Of a stretch of 64,000 bases of DNA, positions 20,773 through 30,488 are shown one piece after another. Both the position numbers and the translations under genes were made by a program. Each line of letters opens with the position of its first letter. The stretch's first letter is position 1. This stretch comes from an uncultured Panacagrimonas sp. (GTDB lineage: Bacteria; Pseudomonadota; Gammaproteobacteria; Nevskiales; Nevskiaceae), in NCBI GenBank assembly GCA_963975245.1, contig CAXBFJ010000009.1, forward strand, positions 24,048 to 88,047, read 5' to 3'. The notes beneath the pieces were generated by a model, which worked only from the letters and a program-made list of their open reading frames with translations, did no database searches and was not told where the DNA came from.

Positions 20773-21270
20773 GTGCGCCCGGCTGAAGATTTAGAAGCCA
20801 GTGACCAGCGCGTTTTCATCATTGATGGCCTCAATCTGGCTTACTGGTGCGGGAGCCCGCCGGCACTGCGAATTCCCCTGAGTCTGTTGGCCAGTTTGCT
20901 GGAGGCAGGACATGCCGCCCGGGCTATTTTTGATGCCAGCGCGCGGTATCAGCTGCGCGCCGAGTTGGGGTGTTACGAGCAACTGCTGAACTGCTCGCAA
21001 CTGGCCATCGAGGTGCCGTCAGGCCAGCCCGCGGATCGCGAACTCATCAAGCAGGCTCGCGCTTGTGGCGGCGCTATCATCAGCCGCGACAAGTTCCGTG
21101 ACCATCGCAAGAAATTCAGGAAGCTGATTGATGACCCGGAGAGATTGCTCTCCGGGCGGGTGTTCAATGAGCTGTTGGAATTGCCTGCCCTTGGGCCAGG
21201 CGTTCCGCTCGAACCTTCGGCGAACAAGGCATTGGCGCGTGTTCAGGATGCAGTGGACGCCCGGGAATGA
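20773..21270 (+). CDS. NYN/PIN-like ribonuclease (Zc3h12a/Regnase-type)
   Basis: FIIDGLNLA, IFDAS, PADRELI, IISRDKFRDH; GTG start 1 bp after the rhodanese stop. Confidence 0.72.
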   Translation: MRPAEDLEASDQRVFIIDGLNLAYWCGSPPALRIPLSLLASLLEAGHAARAIFDASARYQLRAELGCYEQLLNCSQLAIEVPSGQPADRELIKQARACGGAIISRDKFRDHRKKFRKLIDDPERLLSGRVFNELLELPALGPGVPLEPSANKALARVQDAVDARE

Positions 21271-21351
21271 AGGCCGCCGGATAAAAGCGATTGACGACGT
21301 TCCAGTGTTGGAGCGTTCGTCAGCTCGCTGATACCCGAGCAGCTGCTGTCA

Positions 21352-22641
21352 TTATGATTTCCAGGGCGAATCCCATTTGGCCGTTTTTTCCGCCTCCATG
21401 GGTGGATACAAGTGCAGCGCGTCGGCCAGGCTTGCATCCAGCATCGGCGCCTTGCCGTCGCCCATGAGGAACAGATTCATGTAGAACCAACCGAGATGGC
21501 CGAAGGTATTGGCGGTCAAACGAATTTCATCGGGTGCGCCTTCCAGTTGCTCGGCGGTGACAGGCACAAGCCGGTCTTCAACTTTCACCAGTTCTTCAAC
21601 GCTGCCGCTCAGAAGCGCGCCGACGGATTCTGGATTGCAGACCATCGGTCGGCCAATGCCAATAAGGTCCAGCTCACCATTGTTGAGCGCCTGCTCCATG
21701 GCCTCGCGGCTTCGGAACCCGCCCGTGATCATCAGCGGCTTGTGCCAGGCCTGCCGGGCCTTCTTGGCGTATTCAATGAAGTAGGCTTCGCGCTTGATGG
21801 TGCTTTCGCGCATGACATTGCCATTGGCGTCCTTGTCTCCGAACAGGACGGCTGTCGATTCATAGTTTCCACCTGAGATCTCGACCAGATCGAGGGCTTC
21901 GGCATCAAGCAGGTTTAGCACTTGCAGCGATTCCTCCTCGGTAAAGCCTCCCTTCTGGAAGTCCGCCGAATTGAGCTTGAGCGCTATCGGGAAGTCGCGG
22001 CCGACCGCTTCGCGGCAGGCGCGTATCACCTCGATATGAATCCGCGCGCGATTCTCCAGGCTCCCGCCCCACTGATCTGTCCGTTGATTCGATAGTGGCG
22101 ACAGGAAGGAGCTGAGCAGATACCCGTGTGCGCCATGAATTTGAATGCCGGTGAAGCCGTTGCGTTTGCAGGTTTCTGCGGTGTGCGCGAAGCGGCGAAT
22201 GAGGTCCTTGATTTCCGCTTCACTGGCGGCGTGCGGTTGATTGAATTCCGCTCCCGGCATTTGCAGGCCAATGGCCGACGGGGCGACCGGGTCATCGCAG
22301 ATGGCGGCAGGGGACTGACGCCCGGCGTGCGCAATCTGTGCCCAGAACTGGGTGCCGTCGGCGGTGACCTGCTTCGTCCATTTCTGCATGGCCTCGTCGC
22401 CGCCATTTCCATCCACAGCCACGTTGCCGGCGCGTTCCATGTTGCGCCGATCAATCAGGATATTGCCGGTTAGCGACAAGCCGACGCCTGCCTGCTGCCA
22501 GAATTCGTACAAGCGGAGGTGTCTTTCAGTAGCCCGATTCTGGCTGTCAGCCAGGCCTTCGGTCATGGCCGCCTTGCACAGGCGATTTCGAATTTGTGTT
22601 CCGCAGGGTAGGTCGATCGGGTCCGTAATTTTGATGGTCAT
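21352..22641 (-). CDS. NADH:flavin oxidoreductase (old yellow enzyme family)
   Basis: NRLCKAAMTE, QIAHAGRQ, IHGAHGYLLSSFLSP, NQRTDQWGGSLENR. Confidence 0.92.
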   Translation of the reverse strand: MTIKITDPIDLPCGTQIRNRLCKAAMTEGLADSQNRATERHLRLYEFWQQAGVGLSLTGNILIDRRNMERAGNVAVDGNGGDEAMQKWTKQVTADGTQFWAQIAHAGRQSPAAICDDPVAPSAIGLQMPGAEFNQPHAASEAEIKDLIRRFAHTAETCKRNGFTGIQIHGAHGYLLSSFLSPLSNQRTDQWGGSLENRARIHIEVIRACREAVGRDFPIALKLNSADFQKGGFTEEESLQVLNLLDAEALDLVEISGGNYESTAVLFGDKDANGNVMRESTIKREAYFIEYAKKARQAWHKPLMITGGFRSREAMEQALNNGELDLIGIGRPMVCNPESVGALLSGSVEELVKVEDRLVPVTAEQLEGAPDEIRLTANTFGHLGWFYMNLFLMGDGKAPMLDASLADALHLYPPMEAEKTAKWDSPWKS

Positions 22642-22785
22642 GAGCAACTCCAGTGTGAAGGTTCAATTTGTTGACAGAGAATATGCACGACAGAACTCGT
22701 AATTGCATGGTGCTTCCTGCATGCGCTCTGTATTCAGTGCTTTATCCAGTTCAATACATTTTATGGCCGGCGCACGCATCGTTCT

Positions 22786-24033
22786 TCAGCCAGCTTCCAT
22801 CGAATGCGCCTGACCAGACTTCTGCAGGTGCTGGTCCAGCCATTCGATCCAGTGCAATACGATTTGTTCTGTGCCGGATTGCAGATGCATCTGGCAGCCG
22901 ATATTGGCGGTGAGAATGATCTGGCCTCCCGTCTCTTTCAGCGTTGCCAGTTTCTGGTCCCGCAAGGTGGAAGACAGTTCGGGCTGCGTAATCGAATACA
23001 TGCCGGCAGACCCACAGCACAGATGTGCGTCGCGAGGCTCCAGGACATCAGCACCCAGAGTCCGCAGCAAATGCACCACGGTGTGACGCGATTTCAGACC
23101 ATGCTGCAGCGTGCACGGGGCCTGAAAACTGGCGCGGGCCTTGAGTGGCGGAATCTGCTTCTTGAGCAATGCAAGCTGCTCATTCACAAGTTCGCTGACA
23201 TCCCTGAACAGTTCGCTGATCCTGGCCGCACGCACGGCATAGTCCGGCTCATGTGCCAGCAGGCGACCATAATCTTTGACGGTAATGCCGCAGCCAGACG
23301 CATTATTGGTAATGGCCGTGACTTGATCCAAAAGGGGCTCCCAGGCATCGATGTTGCGGCGGACCTGAGCCAGACCCTTGTCATGCGATCCGTAATGCAA
23401 GTGCATGGCGCCGCAGCAGCCTGAGTCTTGGATTTCCAGACAGGAAATCTGGAGCGAATCCAGTACGCGCAGCGTGGCGGCATCAATGCCGCCGTTGAGT
23501 GCAGGCTGTACGCAGCCTTTGAGCAGTAGAACTTGTTGCGGATGTCGCACGGCCGGCACGGAGCCTGTTGCTCTTGCCAACGGTACCCGCTGCTGGACGC
23601 TGCGAGGTAACAGGGGGCGCATCAAGCGCCCGCAGGCGATCGCCAGACCAAACAGGGCACGGCTTTGCATGAACCCGATGAGCACGTGCCGCCACAGCTG
23701 TTTAAACGGCGCGACCTTGTCCTGTGCAAGTTGCGCTTTGGTGACATCCAGTAAAGAGGAGTAGGTCACGCCCGACGGGCAGGTTGTTTCACAGGCGCGG
23801 CAGGTCAGACAGCGATCGATATGTGGAAAAACTGCATCGGCATCCGACTCGCCTTCCAGATACTGCTTCATGAGATAGATGCGACCGCGTGGTCCATCCA
23901 GTTCATCGCCCAGTATCTGATAGGTGGGGCAGGTTGCGTTGCAGAATCCGCAGTGCACGCATTTGCCAAGTTCGCGGGCCGCTGTTGTGCCCGAAACAGT
24001 ATTTTGCAAAGCAGGTTTCAGATTCGCGTGCAT
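22786..24033 (-). CDS. glcF: glycolate oxidase iron-sulfur subunit
   Basis: CVHCGFCNATCP and CLTCRACETTCP ferredoxin motifs; two CCG domains. Confidence 0.93.
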   Translation of the reverse strand: MHANLKPALQNTVSGTTAARELGKCVHCGFCNATCPTYQILGDELDGPRGRIYLMKQYLEGESDADAVFPHIDRCLTCRACETTCPSGVTYSSLLDVTKAQLAQDKVAPFKQLWRHVLIGFMQSRALFGLAIACGRLMRPLLPRSVQQRVPLARATGSVPAVRHPQQVLLLKGCVQPALNGGIDAATLRVLDSLQISCLEIQDSGCCGAMHLHYGSHDKGLAQVRRNIDAWEPLLDQVTAITNNASGCGITVKDYGRLLAHEPDYAVRAARISELFRDVSELVNEQLALLKKQIPPLKARASFQAPCTLQHGLKSRHTVVHLLRTLGADVLEPRDAHLCCGSAGMYSITQPELSSTLRDQKLATLKETGGQIILTANIGCQMHLQSGTEQIVLHWIEWLDQHLQKSGQAHSMEAG

Positions 24034-24044
24034 GGCTGCAAGGC

Positions 24045-25121
24045 TCAGAGCTGTCGATAGAGCCGACTACCATCAAACACCGCGTTCGGGTCGAAGCTGC
24101 GTTTGAGTCGTCGTTGAATATTCAGTTGCACCGGGCCAGGTGCGGAAAAAACCTCATGTCCTTCGGGCGGATTTCGAAACGCTGTGGCATGTCCGCCGGC
24201 TGATGCAGCTGCCGTTCTGATTTTCTCTGCCGGTTCCGCACTGAACAACCAACGTTGCTGGCCCTGCCATTCGAGTAGCGTGGATTCGCTCAGATGCATC
24301 GGCGGGGTTTCGGCAGGAAGCGACAGACGCCAAAGTGTTTGCTCGTTGCTGTGTTGGAAGAGTTCATGTGTTTGATCACGCAGGCGCTTCCAGAATGCCT
24401 CAGCCTCCTCGGCAGGCATCAGCTCGCCCGCAATGTGGTCCTGTGCAAGCTTTACCGCTGCTGCTGCGCCGGACAGGCGCAGGTAACATTTTCCTGCATG
24501 CCAGACGCTGGCCGTTATGGGCAGCGTTTTCGGCCGCAGCTCATCAAACATAGCCAAAGCCTGACGCTCATCGCACCTGAGCACGAGTGTGCTGCTGCTG
24601 ACGGGGCGAGGCATGACCTTGAGGGATACCTGCAAGATGATGCCCAGGGTGCCCATCGACCCTGACATGAGTCTTGCAACGTCATAACCGGCGACGTTCT
24701 TCATCACTTGGCCGCCAAACTTGAGGATCTGGCCTTCGCCGTTCATGACCACGGCACCTAAGAGGCTGTCCTTCAACGCGCCGCCCGACATGCGACCGGG
24801 GCCGCTCAGTCCAGCGGCGACTGCGCCGCCAATGCTGGCCTGCTGATCAAAATCCGGCGGCTCGAATCCCAGTTGTTGATGTCGCTCTGCCAGCGCTTGA
24901 TCAATTTCATTCAGGGGCGTGCCACAGGCCGCGGTGATGACTAACTCTGCCGGGTCGTAGTTGATGATGCCGGCGTAAGCGGCGACATCCAGGAACTCGA
25001 AATGACCAGCATTGCCATACCAGTGCTTGCTGCCGTTGCCCCGGATTCGAAGTTTCTGTCCCTTGCCTGCTGCGTGAAGCAATTGCTCACGGATGGCGGC
25101 CAATCTGTTGTCGTTGGCCAT
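24045..25121 (-). CDS. glcE: glycolate oxidase FAD-binding subunit
   Basis: YDPAELVITAACGT, FGGQVMKNVAGYD, EWQGQQRW, FDPNAVF. Confidence 0.92.
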   Translation of the reverse strand: MANDNRLAAIREQLLHAAGKGQKLRIRGNGSKHWYGNAGHFEFLDVAAYAGIINYDPAELVITAACGTPLNEIDQALAERHQQLGFEPPDFDQQASIGGAVAAGLSGPGRMSGGALKDSLLGAVVMNGEGQILKFGGQVMKNVAGYDVARLMSGSMGTLGIILQVSLKVMPRPVSSSTLVLRCDERQALAMFDELRPKTLPITASVWHAGKCYLRLSGAAAAVKLAQDHIAGELMPAEEAEAFWKRLRDQTHELFQHSNEQTLWRLSLPAETPPMHLSESTLLEWQGQQRWLFSAEPAEKIRTAAASAGGHATAFRNPPEGHEVFSAPGPVQLNIQRRLKRSFDPNAVFDGSRLYRQL

Positions 25122-25122
25122 G

Positions 25123-26607
25123 TCAGAAGCGCGGAATTTCAGGAAAAGGAATGACGCCGCCGCGGATATGCATCTTGCCGTACTCTGCGCAGCGGGCCTT
25201 GGTCGGAATGCCCTTGTCCGGATTCAGCAGGCGGTCCGGGTCGAACGCAGCCTTCACCTCGTGAAACAGCGCGTTCTCAGCCGGCGAGAACTGCACGCAC
25301 ATCGAGTTGATCTTTTCCAGGCCCACGCCATGTTCACCGGTGATGCTGCCGCCCAGCTCAACGCAGGTTTCGATAATTTCGGAACCAAACCGTTCGGCGC
25401 GTTCCCATTCGTCTGGGTCGGCGCCGTTGAACAGGATTAGCGGGTGCATGTTGCCGTCGCCTGCGTGGAAGACATTGATGCATCGCAGGCCGTAGTGCTC
25501 GCTCATCCTGGAGATTCTGGAGAGCAAAGGCCCAACGCTGCGTCGGGGCACGGTTCCATCCATGCAGTAGTAGTCAGGCGAAACACGACCGGCTGCTGGG
25601 AATGCTGCTTTTCGTCCGCTCCAGAACAGCACGCGCTGCTGCTCGCTTTGGGAGACCTCGATTCCGGTTGCGCCAGCGCCGAGCAAGATCGCTTTCATGC
25701 GGCCAATCTCTTCTTCTACCTCGGCGGGCGCTCCGTCTGACTCACATAGCAGGATCGCCTCAGCGTTGAGGTCATAGCCCGCCTGCGCAAACTGTTCCAC
25801 AGCGTGGATCGCCCCCTTGTCCATCATCTCCAGCCCGGCCGGAATGATGCCGTTTGAAATCAGGCTGGCCACCGCATCGCCACCTTTCACCACATCATCA
25901 AAGCTGGCCATGATGACGCGGGCGGTGGCGGGAATCGGGGTCAGCTTCACCGTGATCTCGGTGACCACGGCGAACATGCCCTCACTGCCTATCAGGACGG
26001 ATAAGAGGTCCAGTCCCGGGGTGTCCGGCGCCAGACTGCCGAACTCGACGATCTCTCCCCGCAGGGTAATGGCCCGGACTTTCAGAACGTTGTGCAAGGT
26101 CAGCCCGTACTTGAGGCAATGCACCCCGCCGGAGTTCTCTGACACATTGCCACCGATGGTGCAGGCAATTTGCGAGGAAGGATCTGGTGCGTAGTAGAGG
26201 CCGTATGGCTTTGCGGCTTCTGATACCGAAATATTCCGCACGCCGCATTGGACCGTGGCAGTGCAGGCGTTTGGATTGATGTTGAGGATTTTGTCGAGCC
26301 GGGCCAGAGACAGGACCAGGCCGCCCGCAATGGGTAAGGCCCCGCCGGACAGGCCGGTGCCGGCGCCGCGCGGGACGACCGGCACACGGTGCTGATGACA
26401 GAGTTTCAGGATCGCTTGTACAGCGGTTTCGTTGTCCGGAATCACGACCGCACCGGGAACGCTTCGGTAGGCCGCCAGGCCATCGCATTCGTAAGGCCTG
26501 AGATGGTCTGTCCGCGTAATCAGGCGGCTGTTGGGCACGCGGTCCAATGCCCGTACAAACTCAGCAGACAAAGGCGGTGGTGATGCAGCAGCGGCGCTCG
26601 CGTTCAT
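25123..26607 (-). CDS. glcD: glycolate oxidase subunit D
   Basis: PRGAGTGLSGGA, YAPDPSSQIACTIGGN, FHAGDGNMHP, GEHGVGLEK. Confidence 0.95.
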   Translation of the reverse strand: MNASAAAASPPPLSAEFVRALDRVPNSRLITRTDHLRPYECDGLAAYRSVPGAVVIPDNETAVQAILKLCHQHRVPVVPRGAGTGLSGGALPIAGGLVLSLARLDKILNINPNACTATVQCGVRNISVSEAAKPYGLYYAPDPSSQIACTIGGNVSENSGGVHCLKYGLTLHNVLKVRAITLRGEIVEFGSLAPDTPGLDLLSVLIGSEGMFAVVTEITVKLTPIPATARVIMASFDDVVKGGDAVASLISNGIIPAGLEMMDKGAIHAVEQFAQAGYDLNAEAILLCESDGAPAEVEEEIGRMKAILLGAGATGIEVSQSEQQRVLFWSGRKAAFPAAGRVSPDYYCMDGTVPRRSVGPLLSRISRMSEHYGLRCINVFHAGDGNMHPLILFNGADPDEWERAERFGSEIIETCVELGGSITGEHGVGLEKINSMCVQFSPAENALFHEVKAAFDPDRLLNPDKGIPTKARCAEYGKMHIRGGVIPFPEIPRF

Positions 26608-26924
26608 GATTCAGATCAGCTGGTCTATTCGGAACTGCGGCAACAAGACATGCCTCTGGTCGCAATTGAATGATGGCGCCGTTTCGCTACACCTTATTAA
26701 TTTCGGCGCTTTTGATATCGACACGGCCGCTCTCCAGCCAATGAATCGTCGCCCTCCAATCGCATCTTGGCTTGAATTCGCCGACTTTGCAGTAGGAAGA
26801 ACCCGTATAATTTTTCTTGGACGCCCCGCGCCAAGGGCAAAGCTACCTTTACCGCACTCGCTTCACAGCGCTCAGGTCGCCGGCATTGGTAGAATCCGCA
26901 TTCCTTCTTCAAATCGGCTTGGCT

Positions 26925-28112
26925 ATGTCGCAGGTTCCGCAAATCAAGATTCCCGCCACCTACATGCGCGGAGGTACCAGCAAGGGTACGTTCTTCAATG
27001 TTCAGGATTTGCCCGAGGCAGCCAGGGTGCCAGGCGCGGCGCGCGACAAGCTGCTGCTGCGCGTCATCGGAAGTCCCGATCCCTATGCCAAGCAGATTGA
27101 TGGCATGGGCGGCGCGACTTCGTCCACCAGCAAAGCTGTGTTGTTGTCCAAGAGCACGCAGCCGGATCACGACGTCGACTACCTGTTCGGCCAGGTTTCC
27201 ATCGACAAGGCATTTGTGGACTGGAGCGGCAACTGCGGCAATCTTTCATCAGCCGTCGGGCCCTTCGCCATTTCAAACGGACTTGTGGACCCGGCGCGCG
27301 TGCCCAAGGACGGGCTTTGCACGGTGCGTATCTGGCAGGCCAACATTGGCAAGACCATCATTGCTCATGTGCCCATGACCAACGGGCAGGTACAGGAAAC
27401 GGGCGATTTCGAACTCGACGGCGTGACCTTTCCTGCCGCGGAAGTGCAGATTGAGTTCATGTATCCGGCCGATGATGGCGAAGATGGCGGAGCCATGTTC
27501 CCAACGGGCAACCTGGTTGATGACCTGGACGTGCCCGGTGTCGGCACCCTCAAGGCAACGCTAATCAACGCAGGTATTCCGACGGTTTTCGTCAACGCCG
27601 ATGCCATCGGTTACACCGGCACCGAGTTGCAGGAAGCGATCAACGGCGATGCCAAGGCGCTCGCCATGTTCGAAACCATCCGTGCTTATGGCGCGGTGCG
27701 CATGGGTCTGATCAAGCACATCGATGAAGCTGCCAACCGGCAGCACACGCCCAAGGTTGCGTTCGTGGCCAAGCCCAAGGCCTACGCCTCATCCAGCGGC
27801 AAGGCTGTCGCGGAAGGTGACGTTGATCTGCTGGTGCGCGCGCTGTCCATGGGCAAGTTGCATCACGCCATGATGGGCACCGCAGCGGTGGCCATCGGTA
27901 CTGCCGCCGCCATTCCGGGCACGCTGGTCAATCTGGCGGCGGGCGGCGGTGATCGCAAGGCGGTCGTGTTTGGCCATCCTTCGGGAACCTTGCGCGTGGG
28001 CGCGGAAGCGACCCAAGAAGGCGGTCAGTGGCAGGTGCGCAAAGCCATCATGTCGCGATCAGCTCGTGTGCTGATGGAAGGTTGGGTGCGGGTGCCGGGC
28101 GATACCTTCTAG
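26925..28112 (+). CDS. prpF: 2-methylaconitate cis-trans isomerase
   Basis: IPATYMRGGTSKG, DGMGGATSSTSK, WSGNCGNL, SMGKLHHAM, HPSG, RSARVLM. Start trimmed to 26925. Confidence 0.96.
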   Translation: MSQVPQIKIPATYMRGGTSKGTFFNVQDLPEAARVPGAARDKLLLRVIGSPDPYAKQIDGMGGATSSTSKAVLLSKSTQPDHDVDYLFGQVSIDKAFVDWSGNCGNLSSAVGPFAISNGLVDPARVPKDGLCTVRIWQANIGKTIIAHVPMTNGQVQETGDFELDGVTFPAAEVQIEFMYPADDGEDGGAMFPTGNLVDDLDVPGVGTLKATLINAGIPTVFVNADAIGYTGTELQEAINGDAKALAMFETIRAYGAVRMGLIKHIDEAANRQHTPKVAFVAKPKAYASSSGKAVAEGDVDLLVRALSMGKLHHAMMGTAAVAIGTAAAIPGTLVNLAAGGGDRKAVVFGHPSGTLRVGAEATQEGGQWQVRKAIMSRSARVLMEGWVRVPGDTF

Positions 28113-28181
28113 CGTTTCAAAGTTTGTGTCGGCAAACGTCCTGATCCTGGGCGAGCCGGTATCAGGGGCGGGGAGATAGCC

Positions 28182-30413
28182 ATGCGACGAGTCGTGACAG
28201 CGGCACTATTGTTTGCAGGCGGGATGATGAGTGCCTGCAGCTTGCTGCCGCAGAAGCCGGTTGATCTGGAGCAGACGCTGGGGGCGCAGGCGTCGGCAAT
28301 GTTCAGTGCCGACAACGCTCAGGCCATTCTGGACAACGACAGCGCATTTGAAAGCAAGATTGCGCTGATCAACAGCGCGCGGCACAGCATTGAACTGGCC
28401 TATTTCATCTTCGGTGATGACTACAGTTCTTCGCATATGGCGATGGCGCTGCTGGATGCCGCAGAGCGCGGGGTCAAGGTGCGCATATTGGTTGATTACC
28501 ATCAGGCCTACGCACAGTTGGACCGCTACGACATGCTGCGCCAGTTTGGTCGGGGCAACGTCGATGTGCGCTTCTACAGCCGACCAAGTCGCAACATCAT
28601 CAAGGATGCGGCCTATCTGACTCTGGGGTGCGGGGAGAGCAAAAAGCAGGATGCGGATTGTTCTGCGCAGAAATTCGCCGACATCGAGCGACAGTTTGCC
28701 GCTGAGCAGTTTGGCGAACAGCCCGCGAGTGACTACAACTTTTCCAATCTCGATGTGGCAGCGTCCGGGCAGTTTCTGGCCGGGTTGTACGGGAAGAATG
28801 CGGACCTGATGGCGTTTGCGGTGCAGGAAGGGCAGGGTATCGATCCGAAGGCCTTGCGCGCGTCTTCAGCAGCGCCGGATCCCAAGCAAGCCGCGCAGCT
28901 CAAGCGCATTGGAAAGATCTGGTTCAGGGCACGATATGCCGGTGGCTTCGACGGCTTGAAAGCCAAGTTCGAAGCGGCGGCGGCCCAGGCATTCTTTGGT
29001 GAGCAGATTGATCCGCTGTATGCGGCGGTCACCGCGCACTTGCCTGCGGAGCGCGCGGATAATAGTGCAGCACGTCGCGATTGGGATTACTTCAGCGAGT
29101 TCCTTCATCACAAGATTCTGATGGTGGATGGGCGCCGCCTGCAGTTCGGTGGGCGCAACACTGAGGATGCCTATCACATGAATGCGAATGAGTTGTCCGA
29201 CAAGTACGTGTTCAGTGACACGGATGTGGTCACCGATGTTGATGCGCAGGGAGCAACGCAGCTCAAGGCGGCTTTCAACAAGCTTTGGCAGTTTCGCAGC
29301 ATGGTCGCCTCGCTTGATGAGGTGCGCATGCATGCCCCGAATGATCTGCTGGTGAATTTCGATGTTCACAAGGCCGCGGTCGCTGGTTGCGCTGAACGCG
29401 CAGGCGATGATGATTGCGTGGCACAGCACTACGCTGAAAATTTTGAGCCTCTGGCGCAGCGTATCCAGAAGCACCATCAGCAGATGCTTGCGCGTAGCGA
29501 GGTCTACCAGACCGACTATGTTCCGGTGCCGAAACCACAACGTGATGCGACGCTGGCAATTGATTCAGGCGCGCGCTTGTTCTATCTGGAAAACCTGCCG
29601 TTCAAGGCTGGCGTGCGTGGATATGGCAGCAGCGATCCTGAGCCTGGTCTTCATGGCAAACATATCCATCAGGTCTGGACCGATGCCATGCGCAGGACCT
29701 GTGAAAGTGCCAGCGCGGAACAGCCCGGGCGCATCATCTTCTACAACGCCTATTTCTTTCTTCCAGCCAACCTGCTGCATGCGCTGGGTTCAACACTCAA
29801 CGGCAACTGGGATTGTCGTCATGTCACCGTCACGCTGATCACCAATTCATTCCAGACCACGGACCTGAATGTGGTGAACATTGTTGCGGGCTGGCAGCTT
29901 AAGGCGCTGACGGAATATCGCGACAAGCTGGGAGCGCAAGACAAGGCAGCTCACTTGGAATACCAGGAGATTCAATCACAGGGCGATGCCGACAAGCTCA
30001 GCCTGCACAGCAAGCTGATGGTTTTTGGCGATGCTGTCTTCATCGGCTCTGCAAATGCCGACGTGCGCAGCTTCATGCTCGACAGCAACAACGGCGCGAT
30101 GATTCTGGATGCGCCGAAATTCATCGCCGATTGGCAGGCATGGTTGGCGGCGCGCCAGCAGCGTGGACTGATTCGGGACCAGTTGGCCGAGATCTCCATA
30201 CCTCTGGCTCAGCTTGATCAGCAAAGTACGCAACTGCTGCGCGAGCTTCTTGAGAAGTACGACCGCAAAGGTCGGGTTACTCCGGAGAAGCGGGCAGAGC
30301 TGGAGGCGCGAACGCGCGAAGTACTGGGCAAGGTGCGCACGCTGAGCATGGGTATCCTGGAAGGGAAGGCGTCAGCACGTGAAGAGTTCAATCGCCTGTT
30401 CAAGGCGATATGA
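28182..30413 (+). CDS. large phospholipase D-family lipoprotein
   Basis: Lipobox-like MSAC; HHKILMVD..GGRN (canonical HKD); LHSKLMVFGD..GSAN (Asp shifted by one); cls-like ARHSIELAYFIF segment. Confidence 0.85.
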   Translation: MRRVVTAALLFAGGMMSACSLLPQKPVDLEQTLGAQASAMFSADNAQAILDNDSAFESKIALINSARHSIELAYFIFGDDYSSSHMAMALLDAAERGVKVRILVDYHQAYAQLDRYDMLRQFGRGNVDVRFYSRPSRNIIKDAAYLTLGCGESKKQDADCSAQKFADIERQFAAEQFGEQPASDYNFSNLDVAASGQFLAGLYGKNADLMAFAVQEGQGIDPKALRASSAAPDPKQAAQLKRIGKIWFRARYAGGFDGLKAKFEAAAAQAFFGEQIDPLYAAVTAHLPAERADNSAARRDWDYFSEFLHHKILMVDGRRLQFGGRNTEDAYHMNANELSDKYVFSDTDVVTDVDAQGATQLKAAFNKLWQFRSMVASLDEVRMHAPNDLLVNFDVHKAAVAGCAERAGDDDCVAQHYAENFEPLAQRIQKHHQQMLARSEVYQTDYVPVPKPQRDATLAIDSGARLFYLENLPFKAGVRGYGSSDPEPGLHGKHIHQVWTDAMRRTCESASAEQPGRIIFYNAYFFLPANLLHALGSTLNGNWDCRHVTVTLITNSFQTTDLNVVNIVAGWQLKALTEYRDKLGAQDKAAHLEYQEIQSQGDADKLSLHSKLMVFGDAVFIGSANADVRSFMLDSNNGAMILDAPKFIADWQAWLAARQQRGLIRDQLAEISIPLAQLDQQSTQLLRELLEKYDRKGRVTPEKRAELEARTREVLGKVRTLSMGILEGKASAREEFNRLFKAI

Positions 30414-30416
30414 GGC

Positions 30417-30479
30417 CCCGCAAATCTGCGGGACAAGTGTTTTCGAGCGATCCATCGGCCAGGTCCTCCCGGCCGATGG
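30417..30479. terminator. two hairpins between convergent genes
   Basis: CCCGCA/TGCGGG (30417-30432) and CCATCGGCC/GGCCGATGG (30452-30479); U-tracts are weak. Confidence 0.4.
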
Positions 30480-30488
30480 TGAACATGC

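Noticed and set aside
19274-25121. Impression of slightly lower GC and weaker codon bias in parts of the acnD-prpF interval
   Set aside because: Could not be quantified by eye; needs a sliding-window GC/CAI calculation.
26806-26811. Perfect TATAAT upstream of prpF
   Set aside because: No acceptable -35 at 16-18 bp spacing, so it is not called as a promoter.
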